Origin: an uncultured Methylomirabilota bacterium
GTDB lineage: Bacteria > Methylomirabilota > Methylomirabilia > Methylomirabilales > 2-02-FULL-66-22
Direction: 5' to 3'
Length of the DNA stretch: 64,000 bases
Assembly: GCA_963705305.1 (NCBI GenBank)
Contig: OY970067.1
Location: 832,001-896,000, forward strand
Made by a program: the position numbers and the translations under genes. Positions 38,953-47,976 of the stretch are shown here, one piece after another. The notes under the pieces were generated by a model that was given only the letters and a program-made list of their open reading frames with translations, did no database searches and was not told the origin of the DNA. Each line of letters begins with the position of its first letter. Position 1 is the first letter of the stretch.

Positions 38953-39435
38953 TCAACCGCGCTTCCGGTGGGCCTCTCGGTGCGCCAGGCTTACCTTGAC
39001 CACGACCTTGTGCAAGTCGTGCGGGCCCTGATAATGGCACATGGGCAGGTGGGCTTCCTCGGGGAAGAACACCGCAAAATGGGCCGGATGAATGACCAGC
39101 CGCCGGTAATTCTCGGGCGCGGCGTAGAACACGATGTCCTTGGCCGCATCGTACGACGTCACGACCTGGAGGCCTTCGACCGGGGCCAGGCCGATGATCT
39201 CTTCCCCCGACACCAGGTACTGGATGTCGATGTAATCCCGGTGGGACTCGAACTGTCCCTCCTCGGGGGCGCGGGAGGGAGATCGCATGACCATGGCGTA
39301 CACGGCGTCGCCTAGGATCTGATGCTTGCCCGGCGGCAGACTGCCGAGAACGCTCTTCTCCAGAAACTCGAACCCGGCCTCCAGCCCCTCGATCCCCTGG
39401 AGGCCCCGCCACGCGTATATCGACCCCTGAATCAT
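38953..39435 (-). CDS. YhcH/YjgK/YiaL (NanQ-like) family protein
   Basis: FESHRDYIDIQY, FAVFFPEEAH.P, KVVVKV. Confidence 0.92.
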   Translation of the reverse strand: MIQGSIYAWRGLQGIEGLEAGFEFLEKSVLGSLPPGKHQILGDAVYAMVMRSPSRAPEEGQFESHRDYIDIQYLVSGEEIIGLAPVEGLQVVTSYDAAKDIVFYAAPENYRRLVIHPAHFAVFFPEEAHLPMCHYQGPHDLHKVVVKVSLAHREAHRKRG

Positions 39436-39470
39436 TCTCATCCTCCCGCGTCTGCAGACCCCCTGCACCC

Positions 39471-40616
39471 CTACACGTTAATCGGATATCCGCCGAGGTC
39501 CCGTGCCGCGTCGAACATGGCCACAATGTTCTCCGGCGGGACGTTGGCCTGGATGTTGTGCACCGAGCCGAAGACGAACCCGCCGCCGGGCGCCAGGTCG
39601 TGGATGCGGCGCTTGACGTCCTCCACCACCTGGGCAACCGTCCCCGTCCCCATGACGACCGGGTCGCAGCCGCCGCCCCAGAAGGTCAGGTCTTTGCCGA
39701 ACTCCCGCTTGAGCCGCGCCGAGTCCATCTCGGCCGCGTTGACCTGCACGGGGTTCAGGATGTCCAGCCCGACCTCGATGAGATCCGGAATCAGGCGGTA
39801 GATGGAGCCGCAGGAGTGGAGATACACGCGGGCCTTGGTCCGCTGCTTGATGGCCGCGACGAGCTGCCGGAGCCGGGGCTTGTAGATCTTCCGGAAGGTG
39901 GCGGGGGCCATCATCGGCCCGTGCTGGCTCCCCAGGTCCTCGTTGAGCTGGACCACGTCCACATAGGGCCCCACCCGGGCCAGGACCATGTCCCAGTAGG
40001 CGATCTGCCATTCCATGATCCGCTGGGTGAAGGCCTCCATGAGCGGCTGGCTGCCGGCCAGGTTCATGAACGCCTGCTCCAGCCCGAACATGTACCAGGA
40101 ATGCTCCCACAGTCCGGGCATGGCCCCGCACATCATGATGACCTTCTCGCCCGCCTCGAAGGCCGCCTTCACCTGTTCGGGGACGCCCGCGATGCGGGCC
40201 GGGTCGGTCGGATTCGGCCAGCGGTACTTCTCGAGGTCCGCCTCCGACTCGGCCTCGGGCAGCGGCACGGCCGCCATGTCGTAGTAGTAGCCGCCGGGAG
40301 GCATATGGTAGGTGGTGCCCCACTCGTCCACGTAGGAGTTGGTGGCGGGATCGATCCTGAAGACGTAGCCGCTGGGAGGCTTCGGGAAGAACGCCGCGCT
40401 GACCCGCTCGAAGCGCTGCAGGAGCTGCGGGTCGGGATCCACCAGGTAGGTGTGGTAGCTCCGGATGGCGGGCTCCGGCCCGCGGAGGCCGAGATGCTTC
40501 ATCAGCGCCTGGTGGGCGGCGAAATGGAGCGTCGTCTGACGGCCGCCGAAATCCAGGGGCACCCGGTCCGGCTCGTGATGGTCGAGGGCGGCCAGCGCCC
40601 GCTGCCGACAGTTCAT
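39471..40616 (-). CDS. Uroporphyrinogen decarboxylase / methylcobamide methyltransferase family protein
   Basis: HEPDRVPLD, EDLGSQ, HSCG, LNPVQ, GGGFVF..VHNIQ..VPPEN. Confidence 0.88.
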   Translation of the reverse strand: MNCRQRALAALDHHEPDRVPLDFGGRQTTLHFAAHQALMKHLGLRGPEPAIRSYHTYLVDPDPQLLQRFERVSAAFFPKPPSGYVFRIDPATNSYVDEWGTTYHMPPGGYYYDMAAVPLPEAESEADLEKYRWPNPTDPARIAGVPEQVKAAFEAGEKVIMMCGAMPGLWEHSWYMFGLEQAFMNLAGSQPLMEAFTQRIMEWQIAYWDMVLARVGPYVDVVQLNEDLGSQHGPMMAPATFRKIYKPRLRQLVAAIKQRTKARVYLHSCGSIYRLIPDLIEVGLDILNPVQVNAAEMDSARLKREFGKDLTFWGGGCDPVVMGTGTVAQVVEDVKRRIHDLAPGGGFVFGSVHNIQANVPPENIVAMFDAARDLGGYPINV

Positions 40617-40663
40617 CGTGGGTCCCCTCCCGGACGCGGCGGCGAGGGCCGGCACGCCGCCCG

Positions 40664-41410
40664 TCATCGCGTGAAGATCGCGCCCCGCACGTAGTCGGCG
40701 TCGGGCGAGGCCAGGAAGGCCAGGATGCGGGCCACGCCCATGGGATCGCCCGCCTCCCTGACGGCCTCGGCCCGGGCCTGCTCGAGGTCGCGGCCGGCGG
40801 CCCGCGCCCGGTCCACCAGGTTCTCGATGCGCATGGGGGTGGCGATGCTGCTCGGACAGACCTCGTTGACCCGGATGCCGTGGGGGGCGAGCTGCGCCTC
40901 CAGCGTCATGGCGAACCCATGCACGCCCCCCTTGCTGGCGCCATAGGCCAGAGACGAGCTGGGGATCTTGGTGCCGGCCTCCGAGGCAAAGAGCAGGACC
41001 ACGCCCTTTTTGGCCTTGCGGAGGTGCGGCAGCGCCGCCTTCACGGTCAAGAAGGCGCCCTTCAAATTCACGTCCAGGACGCTCTCGAAGGTGGCCTCCT
41101 CCAGCGCATCGGCCTGGAGCATGGCGCCCTTGAGGATCCCGGCGCAGCAGATCAGCACGTCCAGCCGGCCGCACCGCTCTACGGCCGCCGACGCCAGCCC
41201 TACGCAGTCCTCCTCGCGACGGACGTCGGTCCGCACAAAGGTCGCCTCGCCGCCGGCCGACCGGATCTCGGCCGCGACGGCCCGGCCCTCCGCCTCTAGC
41301 ATGTCGCCGAGGACGACCTTCCCTCCCTCGGCGACGACGGCTTTGGCGGTGGCCGCCCCGATCCCCCGCCCGCCGCCCGTGATGACCACCACGCGGCCTT
41401 CCAGGCGCAT
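40664..41410 (-). CDS. Short-chain dehydrogenase/reductase
   Basis: TGGGRGIG, YGASKG, IRVNEVCP. Confidence 0.92.
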   Translation of the reverse strand: MRLEGRVVVITGGGRGIGAATAKAVVAEGGKVVLGDMLEAEGRAVAAEIRSAGGEATFVRTDVRREEDCVGLASAAVERCGRLDVLICCAGILKGAMLQADALEEATFESVLDVNLKGAFLTVKAALPHLRKAKKGVVLLFASEAGTKIPSSSLAYGASKGGVHGFAMTLEAQLAPHGIRVNEVCPSSIATPMRIENLVDRARAAGRDLEQARAEAVREAGDPMGVARILAFLASPDADYVRGAIFTR

Positions 41411-41482
41411 GCGCGTCCTCCGATCTCCCTTCATTCCCTCGGCCGCGGGTTTCACAAGGTGCTGGGAAACTACCGTTCGACG

Positions 41483-41627
41483 AGGCCGCTCAAAAAGGCT
41501 CAGATGCAAGGCGCCGCGCCGGGTACCCATCCGTGAGGATGGGTGCAGGCGCGAGGCGTACTCCGCGCGTACGGCGCAGCGCCGCGGGAGCGCGGCAACG
41601 AAGCAGATGGGCCTTTTTCAGCAGCCT
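41483..41627. repeat. MITE-like element with imperfect terminal inverted repeats
   Basis: AGGCCGCTCAAAAAGGCTCAGATGC ... GCAGATGGGCCTTTTTCAGCAGCCT, 145 bp, internal hairpins, no ORF. Confidence 0.7.
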
Positions 41628-41628
41628 G

Positions 41629-42267
41629 TCAGGCGTCCACGGTCACCAGCGGCAGCATCCGCTGGAGGAGCGCTTCGGCCCGCACCGGGTTGTAGATCCC
41701 GCAGTGACAGGGCCGGGTCAGCTCCAGGCCCGCCTCTCGCACCGTCTTCTTCCCCCGCCTGATCTCGGCCAGCATCCGCTCGACCAGATTGGCCGGAACC
41801 ATGCCGTGCCCGCACATGGTGGTCAGCTGGAGGACCTCGTCCGCCGGCAGCTTCCTGTACTGGCCGAAGATGCCCAGGGAATTCTCCACCGTGTGCTTGG
41901 CGAGGCCGCTCTCGCGGCAGCCCTTCTCGGTCTCCTCGTGGATCCCCGTGACCACCACCGACATCCCCAGATCGGCCTCCTTCAGCTCCGCGAGGATCTT
42001 GACCACCTCCGCCTCGTCGGTGAAGACCCCATGGACGATGGAGGTGCTCTGGATGTTCCCGAGGATCTCTTCCCGGGACTTGACGTGACAGTTCCCCGTC
42101 ACCATGTCTCCGTAGTTGACCGGCCGGTGGCGCAACAGGATGCCCAGGAACTGCTTCATCCGCTCGGCCGAGCCCTCCTCATTGAGTCCCTTGGCCGACA
42201 TGGTGAAGACGATGTAGTCCTGGCTCAGGCTCTCCCGATCCCCCCGGCGGTGCAGTGTATGCGTCAC
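41629..42267 (-). CDS. Cys/His-rich hypothetical protein
   Basis: THTLHR, TMCGHGM, CHCGIYNP motifs; RBS AGGAG. Confidence 0.8.
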   Translation of the reverse strand: MTHTLHRRGDRESLSQDYIVFTMSAKGLNEEGSAERMKQFLGILLRHRPVNYGDMVTGNCHVKSREEILGNIQSTSIVHGVFTDEAEVVKILAELKEADLGMSVVVTGIHEETEKGCRESGLAKHTVENSLGIFGQYRKLPADEVLQLTTMCGHGMVPANLVERMLAEIRRGKKTVREAGLELTRPCHCGIYNPVRAEALLQRMLPLVTVDA

Positions 42268-42289
42268 CCCACTCCTCCTCGACCAGTCG

Positions 42290-43033
42290 TCAGACGGCGG
42301 CCAGCGGTCTCCCCAGGCCGACGTTGCTCTTCCCGTTAATGGAGAGGAAGCGGCCGCGCCCCTGGATTTCCCGCACGTAGGGAACGGAGCCGTCCTCGCC
42401 GACCCGGCTGATGATGTCCCCGGAGAACACGGTGTCGATCTCCTGCGAAACGCGGTCCAGGACTTCCAGGACCTCTGGCAGCCGCTCGATCGGGATCATG
42501 AACTCCACGATGGCGGACAGCACCTTCTCGTCGAGGACCTCGGGGTTGATCCGCCCCTGTGCCCGGTCCACCATGAGCTTCGTGACCGGATTGTTCTCCT
42601 CGAAACTGATCCCCAGCCTGGCCAGCGCCATGGCCACCTTCTCCACATCGCGGAACCGGGTCCCCACGCCGGGCCGGCCCAGCTCGCAGGCCATGCCGTA
42701 CTTCCCCCACCGGTACCGGCCGGTGACCTCGTTGGTCTTCATCTCTTCCGTGCCCCGGCCCGGGATACGGGTCTCGGGGTGAATCTTCAGCGGGTCGCTG
42801 AAGTTCTTCCGCACCGTCCTCGGCCAGACCAGCTCGGGCTGGTACAATGCCTCGGTGGGACAGCAGCCGCTCCGCAGGCAGACGCTGCACTCCACGCACT
42901 CGTCCTCGTCGATCACGTAGGTGATCCGGGTCGGGTTCTTGGGGTCCCGCTCGAAGTGCATGATCCCGCCCAGCATGGTGCAGTACGAGCGGCAGCTGCC
43001 GCACCCGATACACTTCTCAGGATCGATTCTCAC
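42290..43033 (-). CDS. 2x[4Fe-4S] ferredoxin-domain protein with uncharacterised C-terminal domain
   Basis: CIGCGSC...C and CVECSVC....CCP; PGRGTEEMKTNEVTGR; GTGA overlap with upstream stop. Confidence 0.85.
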   Translation of the reverse strand: MRIDPEKCIGCGSCRSYCTMLGGIMHFERDPKNPTRITYVIDEDECVECSVCLRSGCCPTEALYQPELVWPRTVRKNFSDPLKIHPETRIPGRGTEEMKTNEVTGRYRWGKYGMACELGRPGVGTRFRDVEKVAMALARLGISFEENNPVTKLMVDRAQGRINPEVLDEKVLSAIVEFMIPIERLPEVLEVLDRVSQEIDTVFSGDIISRVGEDGSVPYVREIQGRGRFLSINGKSNVGLGRPLAAV

Positions 43034-44328
43034 TGCCGCATCCCTCCCAGCTCCCTCGCCCGGCACGCGCCGCCCATCGCGTACAGTCGCGGCCGGAACG
43101 AGATCCCCCGCTCCACGTCCCGCGCCAGCACCCCGGCCGAGACCTCGGTGCGGTTCTTCACCAGGGCGGTCAGGACCCCCGCGCAGCGCACGTCGCCCAA
43201 CAGCAGGAAGCCGTCCAGGCGCCCGCCCGCGCAGATCAGCTTCCGGTAGAGCGGCCTGTCCTTGTCCATGGTCGTGAGCGCCTCTCCCCCCTCCCAGAGG
43301 CCGGCGGAGATCACCCGCACCCCCAGGATCTCCACCGAGTTCATGCGCAGCGCACCCGAGAACGTCGCCGGCACGCCGGCCATGTTCAGGCCTGCAATCC
43401 GGCCCCCCTCGGTGGCCGAGGGCCAGATGGCGCTGGGGAGATTCTTCCGCTGGAGGACTTCCAGCGGCTCGGCCACGTCCCCGGCGGCGAAGATCCCCGG
43501 GACGCTCGTGCTCATGTGGTCATCCACGATCACGCCCTGGCTCAGGATCACACCCGTGTCCCGCAGGCAGCCGACGTTTGGGTCCACCCCCTTGCCGATG
43601 ATGGCCAGCTCGCACGGAAGCTGGCTCCCGTCCGACAGCGAGACTCCCTCCAGTCGCTCCCGCCCATGAAACGCGGTGACGTCGCTGTGAAAGTGGACCC
43701 GGACCCCGTTCCGCTCGAACGCCCGCAGGAAGAAATCGGAAGCCGTCCGGTCCAGCATCTGGGACAGGATCCGGTCGGAGGAGATCACCAGATGGACCGC
43801 CTTCTTCCTGCCGACCATGGCCTCCAGGCTTTTCACCCCCACCAACCCGCCGCCCACGATCACCACCGGCCCGCGCGTTGTGCGCGCCGCCTTCTTGATC
43901 GCTTCGGCGTCCACGATCTTGCGGAGCGGGAAGACGCCCGCGAGCTCCTTGCCCGGCACCGCCAGCAGCCGGGAGGACGAGCCGGTGGCCACCAAGAGCC
44001 GATCGAAGGGCAGGCTCTTGCCGCGGCCCAGATGGACCTGCCGCCCGCGGGGATCCACCCCCTCGGCCGCGATACCCTGGAGCAGCCGGATGCGCTGCGC
44101 GGCGTAGAACCCTCGGGGAGCGAAGACGAGATCCTGCTTGGTCTTCTTCCCAGCGATGTAGAGGGGCAGCATAGCCCGGGAATAGCCGAAGAGCTTTTCG
44201 TCCGAGACGATGGCGATCTGCCCGTCGGGATCGTGCCGCCGGATCTCCTGGGCGGCCGCGGTCCCGGCCACGCTGTTCCCCAGGATGACGTATCGAACCG
44301 GCTGCCTCTGCCGTGTCGTCGGCTTCAT
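43030..44328 (-). CDS. FAD-dependent NAD(P) oxidoreductase (NirB/rubredoxin reductase-like, FNOR)
   Basis: ILGNSVAG, LLVATGS, VGGGLVG, TSVPGIFAAGD. Confidence 0.9.
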   Translation of the reverse strand: MKPTTRQRQPVRYVILGNSVAGTAAAQEIRRHDPDGQIAIVSDEKLFGYSRAMLPLYIAGKKTKQDLVFAPRGFYAAQRIRLLQGIAAEGVDPRGRQVHLGRGKSLPFDRLLVATGSSSRLLAVPGKELAGVFPLRKIVDAEAIKKAARTTRGPVVIVGGGLVGVKSLEAMVGRKKAVHLVISSDRILSQMLDRTASDFFLRAFERNGVRVHFHSDVTAFHGRERLEGVSLSDGSQLPCELAIIGKGVDPNVGCLRDTGVILSQGVIVDDHMSTSVPGIFAAGDVAEPLEVLQRKNLPSAIWPSATEGGRIAGLNMAGVPATFSGALRMNSVEILGVRVISAGLWEGGEALTTMDKDRPLYRKLICAGGRLDGFLLLGDVRCAGVLTALVKNRTEVSAGVLARDVERGISFRPRLYAMGGACRARELGGMRQ

Positions 44329-44376
44329 CTGGCTATCCATGCCTCGTCTCGTGCGCCGGAAATCTCTTGACGTTTC

Positions 44377-44482
44377 GTCACCCCGGCGAACGCCGGGGTC
44401 CAGGAATACGGTCTGACTGGATTCCGGCTTTCGCCGGAATGACGGAACGGCAGCTCTGGATGCCGGCGTTCGCCGGCATGAC
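44377..44482. repeat. Cluster of three 27-bp REP-like palindromes
   Basis: GTCAYYCCGGCGAAMGCCGGNRTCCAG-type units at 44377-44403 (+), 44417-44443 (-), 44456-44482 (-). Confidence 0.85.
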
Positions 44483-44519
44483 GCCCCCGCGCAACTGCGG
44501 AAGCGTTGGAGGCATCTGC

Positions 44520-46073
44520 CTAGCGGGCGCCTCCGGCCGCCAGCATGGCGGCCAGCTCCTCGGCCTGTTCCCGCGGCTCGGGCAGCACCGGCCCCGCCAA
44601 AAGCCTGCCCCCCGTGATCCGCTGCCATTCGGCCGGCAGGACCTCGGCGAGCCACGGGCTTCCCCAGAAGGGCAGCCGGACCCCGATCTGCACCGTGAGT
44701 CCCAGCGCGAACAGGCCGACCGCGCTGGCCCAGGTGGCGGCCCGCGAGAATTCCGGGAAGGCCGCGACCGCCGGGGTGCCGCCATTCCTCCGGGGCAGAC
44801 CGAGCAGCAATGTGACCACCTGGGGAAGCTGGAAGGCGGAGCCGAAGGCGACGATCGGCTGGAGCCCGTCCTTCCCGAGTTCTGCGGCAAAGGCGGCCAG
44901 CCGGCCGCCCGTCCGCTTGTCCAGCTCGGCGGCCAGCGCCTCGGCGTGGGCCCCCAGGTCTCCGCCCAGCAGGATCGGGGCCTTCGCCCCCACCGCCGCC
45001 TCCATCAGGGCCAGCGTGCGCTCGAAGAATGTTTGCTTGGCGTTGCTCTCTCCCATCAGGACCGCCACCCCGCGGATCCGGCCCGCCTCCAGCGCGCCCG
45101 CGAGTGCGTGCGCCGGCGGCAGGGCCAGGCTGCCGGCGCCGGCCTGGAGCCGACGCGACGTGGTCCCGTAGAAGGCGTTCTGGGCGTGATGGGCCGCCTG
45201 GTCGATCACCTGGGCGGCCGTCCGGTCGAAGGGCGCTCTCCCGTCCACCAGGAAGGCGGGCACCCCGTACTTCGCCGCCAGCATCTCCAGCCCAGGCCAG
45301 CCAGCGTTGGGGGCGAGGATCAGCGCGTCCACGTTCATCCCTAGCGCCAGCTCCGGCGAACCGTAGTCGGCAGCCGCCAGGGTGAATGGCAGCCGGCCGC
45401 CCCCCTGCATGAACAGGTTGACCTTCCGCCCCTCCGCCCGCAGTCCCGCCTGATCGAAGGCCCGGACGAGTCCCTCGGGGGCCTGCCCGACGATCAAAAG
45501 GTTGATCCCGCCCGGATCGAACGGCAGACCTGCCTCGCTGCGGGCGAGCCCCGCGGCCGCCTGGCACAGCAGGCCGTACTGGATCAGGCCCAGCCGGGCC
45601 AGGTCCTGGAGGGTCTGGACCAGGTAGCCCTTGTGCGAGAAAAAGCCGTTCTGCACCGAGAACAGGTCCGCCTTCCGGACCGGGAGGAGTCCCGCTTTGG
45701 TCAGGCCCTCCGCGGTCGCCGCGGGCAGGGCGGCGGCCAGATCCGGAAGCTCCTGGCCGGCCCCGGCGATTCCCAAAAGCTGCACGGCCCGGGCCGACTC
45801 CAGCACGCCTTCCAGGGTTGCCTGGAAGAGGGTCTCCATGACGATCTGGTCCCGGTCGGCCCCGCAGGTCCCCTGGCTCGGCTCGTCCCCGAAGGGATTG
45901 ATCCGGCACGGCCCCTGGAAGCACTTCCGGCAGCTCAGGCCGTTGCTGGTGAAGGCGCAGAGCGGCAATTGCCGCTCGTAGCGCTCCCAGGAGAGCTGCG
46001 CCCCGAGGTCGTGTGCCGCCAGCAAGAGGGGAGACGTGTCCGCCAGTGCGCTCTTCTTGTGAATTCGATCCAT
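44520..46073 (-). CDS. CooS/Ni-CODH-fold protein lacking C-cluster ligands
   Basis: QLPLCAF..GLSCRKCFQGPCRINPFG...GTCGAD N-terminus and GRIRGVAVLMG..N C-terminal pattern typical of CooS; metal-ligand positions substituted. Confidence 0.82.
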   Translation of the reverse strand: MDRIHKKSALADTSPLLLAAHDLGAQLSWERYERQLPLCAFTSNGLSCRKCFQGPCRINPFGDEPSQGTCGADRDQIVMETLFQATLEGVLESARAVQLLGIAGAGQELPDLAAALPAATAEGLTKAGLLPVRKADLFSVQNGFFSHKGYLVQTLQDLARLGLIQYGLLCQAAAGLARSEAGLPFDPGGINLLIVGQAPEGLVRAFDQAGLRAEGRKVNLFMQGGGRLPFTLAAADYGSPELALGMNVDALILAPNAGWPGLEMLAAKYGVPAFLVDGRAPFDRTAAQVIDQAAHHAQNAFYGTTSRRLQAGAGSLALPPAHALAGALEAGRIRGVAVLMGESNAKQTFFERTLALMEAAVGAKAPILLGGDLGAHAEALAAELDKRTGGRLAAFAAELGKDGLQPIVAFGSAFQLPQVVTLLLGLPRRNGGTPAVAAFPEFSRAATWASAVGLFALGLTVQIGVRLPFWGSPWLAEVLPAEWQRITGGRLLAGPVLPEPREQAEELAAMLAAGGAR

Positions 46074-46168
46074 CGCTCTCCAGCCCTTTCCCGAAAGGAT
46101 GTCCGGATCGTTACCCGTGGAGGAATACCGCGCGGTCGAGCCACCCATTCGCACTCCCTCGCGGGAGT

Positions 46169-46696
46169 CTATGATTTCGTCAGCCCCTTCGCCGCCGTGA
46201 AGTCCAGCCCTGTCAGCCTGGCCCCCTTGCGGACCGGCACCGCTCCCCGGGCGACCTCCTCCGGATCCAGGAACACCAGGGCGCCGGTGGGGCAGCTCTC
46301 GACGCAGAACGGCGCGCTCATCCCGGTGCACTGGTCGCACTTGAACATCTTCCGGAAGCTGCGAAAGGGCTGGGGTGCCCCGAATGGGCACACCATCACG
46401 CACATCCAGCAGCCGATGCACCGCTCGTCGTTGACCAGGACCAGCCCACCGTCCTCTCGGTACAGTGCCTTGGCAGGGCAGGCGTCCAGGCAGGGCGCGT
46501 CCTGACAATGGCGGCACTGCACGGGGAAGCCGTTCTCGGTGCCCGTATCCTCCACCCGCACCCTGGCCAGAGGGGCGGGGTTCTCGTAGATCGCTTCCGG
46601 CAGGCTCTTGCTCAACGAGCCCCGGTTCAGCGCGCAGGCGATTTCACAACTCTTGCACGCCACACACCGCTCTGCGTTCACGAAGATGGATTTCAT
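46169..46696 (-). CDS. 4x[4Fe-4S] electron-transfer protein (CooF/DmsB-like)
   Basis: CVACKSCEIAC, CRHCQDAPCLDACP, CIGCWMCVMVCP, KCDQC..PFCVESCP. Confidence 0.92.
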   Translation of the reverse strand: MKSIFVNAERCVACKSCEIACALNRGSLSKSLPEAIYENPAPLARVRVEDTGTENGFPVQCRHCQDAPCLDACPAKALYREDGGLVLVNDERCIGCWMCVMVCPFGAPQPFRSFRKMFKCDQCTGMSAPFCVESCPTGALVFLDPEEVARGAVPVRKGARLTGLDFTAAKGLTKS

Positions 46697-46788
46697 GGTC
46701 CTCCTCGAACCCGATTCCTCCGAAGGCATCCCCCGCCTCTTCCCGCCGCCGGACGGGGGGAAAGTTCTCGCCGCCGACCGCCGTCCCG

Positions 46789-47976
46789 TCAGAACCGCGA
46801 CTCTTGCACGTAGATGTCGATGGGCTCGGAATAGGTCAACGTCTCGCTGCGGGACAGGGTGCCCGAGGCGACGTCCAGGGCCGTCCGGTAGAGGCGTTCG
46901 CCGGCCGCCTCCGGGCTCTCGGAACCCTCGATCACCGTGCCCGAGTAGAAATCGATGCTGTCGCGGGCGGCCGCGTAGGTATGCGGGTTGGCCGTGGTCC
47001 AAAGGAAGGGCGCCACCACCGACGGGGAGCCTTCCAAGAGCGTCCGCCCGGCCACGCCGCCGCCGCCGAGCTGAAACAGGACCAGGTTGGCTCCCGCCGC
47101 GGCGTACCCGGCAAAGATGGAGAGATGGCCCATCCAGTTGTCCACGAAGTAGAGGCCCTTTCCACCCGGCCGCTCGGCGTACTTCAGCACGCCCCGGATC
47201 GGCGCCGTCCCCGCCTTGTGGATCGCCCCCAGGCTCTTCTCTTCCAAGGAGCTGAGCCCCCCTTTAATGTTGGAGGGCACCGGGTTCACGGTGCGGATGT
47301 CCAGGCCCGTGGCCTTGGCCAGCGCCTCCCGGCGGGCCGCCGCATCCAGGATGGCCTGGGCCACCTGCGGCGTGGCGGCGCGCCGCGCCAGCGCCTGCTC
47401 GGCCCCGATGATCTCGGTCGTCTCGCCGAACAGCGCCGTGCCGCCCGCGGCCACGACCTTGTCGTAGAGATAGCCCACGGCCGGGTTTCCGGCGATGCCC
47501 GAGGTGGTGTCGGAGTACCCGCACTTGACCCCCAGGCACAGATGCTCGTCCCCGACCGGCTCGCGCCGCAGCCTGGAGGCCTCGTACACCAGCGTCCGGG
47601 CCAACTGGATGCCCTTGACGATAGCCCCGTAGGTGCCCCCGTCCCTGGCTGGATCCACCACCTCCACCCGCTTCTTGGCGTCGGCGATCTCGTCGGCCAG
47701 CCGCTCCACCGCGAGCTCCGGGTAGCCCACGCCGGGGCTGGCGGCGTGCAGGATCACGGCGGCCACGTTGGGGTTCCTCCCCAAACCGATCAGCACGCGG
47801 GCGATCGTCTCCCGGTCACTGGCGGTGCGGCCGGAGCCGTGGTCGGCGGTGACGATCGTCTTGGTTCCGGCCACGAAATCGCAGATGGACTTGGAGATGA
47901 CCCCCTGCGGCAACACCAGGACGTAATTCCGGGTGCCGACGGATCCGTCGGACCGGACGTAACCCAGAAAGCTCAT
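46789..47976 (-). CDS. UxaA/GarD/SuyB family dehydratase, large subunit
   Basis: GYVRSDGSVGTRNY, NPNV, KCGYSD..SG..GNPAVG, ETTEIIGAE, GGLSSLEEKSLGA. Confidence 0.88.
   Translation of the reverse strand: MSFLGYVRSDGSVGTRNYVLVLPQGVISKSICDFVAGTKTIVTADHGSGRTASDRETIARVLIGLGRNPNVAAVILHAASPGVGYPELAVERLADEIADAKKRVEVVDPARDGGTYGAIVKGIQLARTLVYEASRLRREPVGDEHLCLGVKCGYSDTTSGIAGNPAVGYLYDKVVAAGGTALFGETTEIIGAEQALARRAATPQVAQAILDAAARREALAKATGLDIRTVNPVPSNIKGGLSSLEEKSLGAIHKAGTAPIRGVLKYAERPGGKGLYFVDNWMGHLSIFAGYAAAGANLVLFQLGGGGVAGRTLLEGSPSVVAPFLWTTANPHTYAAARDSIDFYSGTVIEGSESPEAAGERLYRTALDVASGTLSRSETLTYSEPIDIYVQESRF

Noticed and set aside
44341..45924. Apparent 964-aa FNOR fusion
   Set aside because: The extension is an alternate frame over the CooS-like gene and the REP cluster; homology starts near 44328
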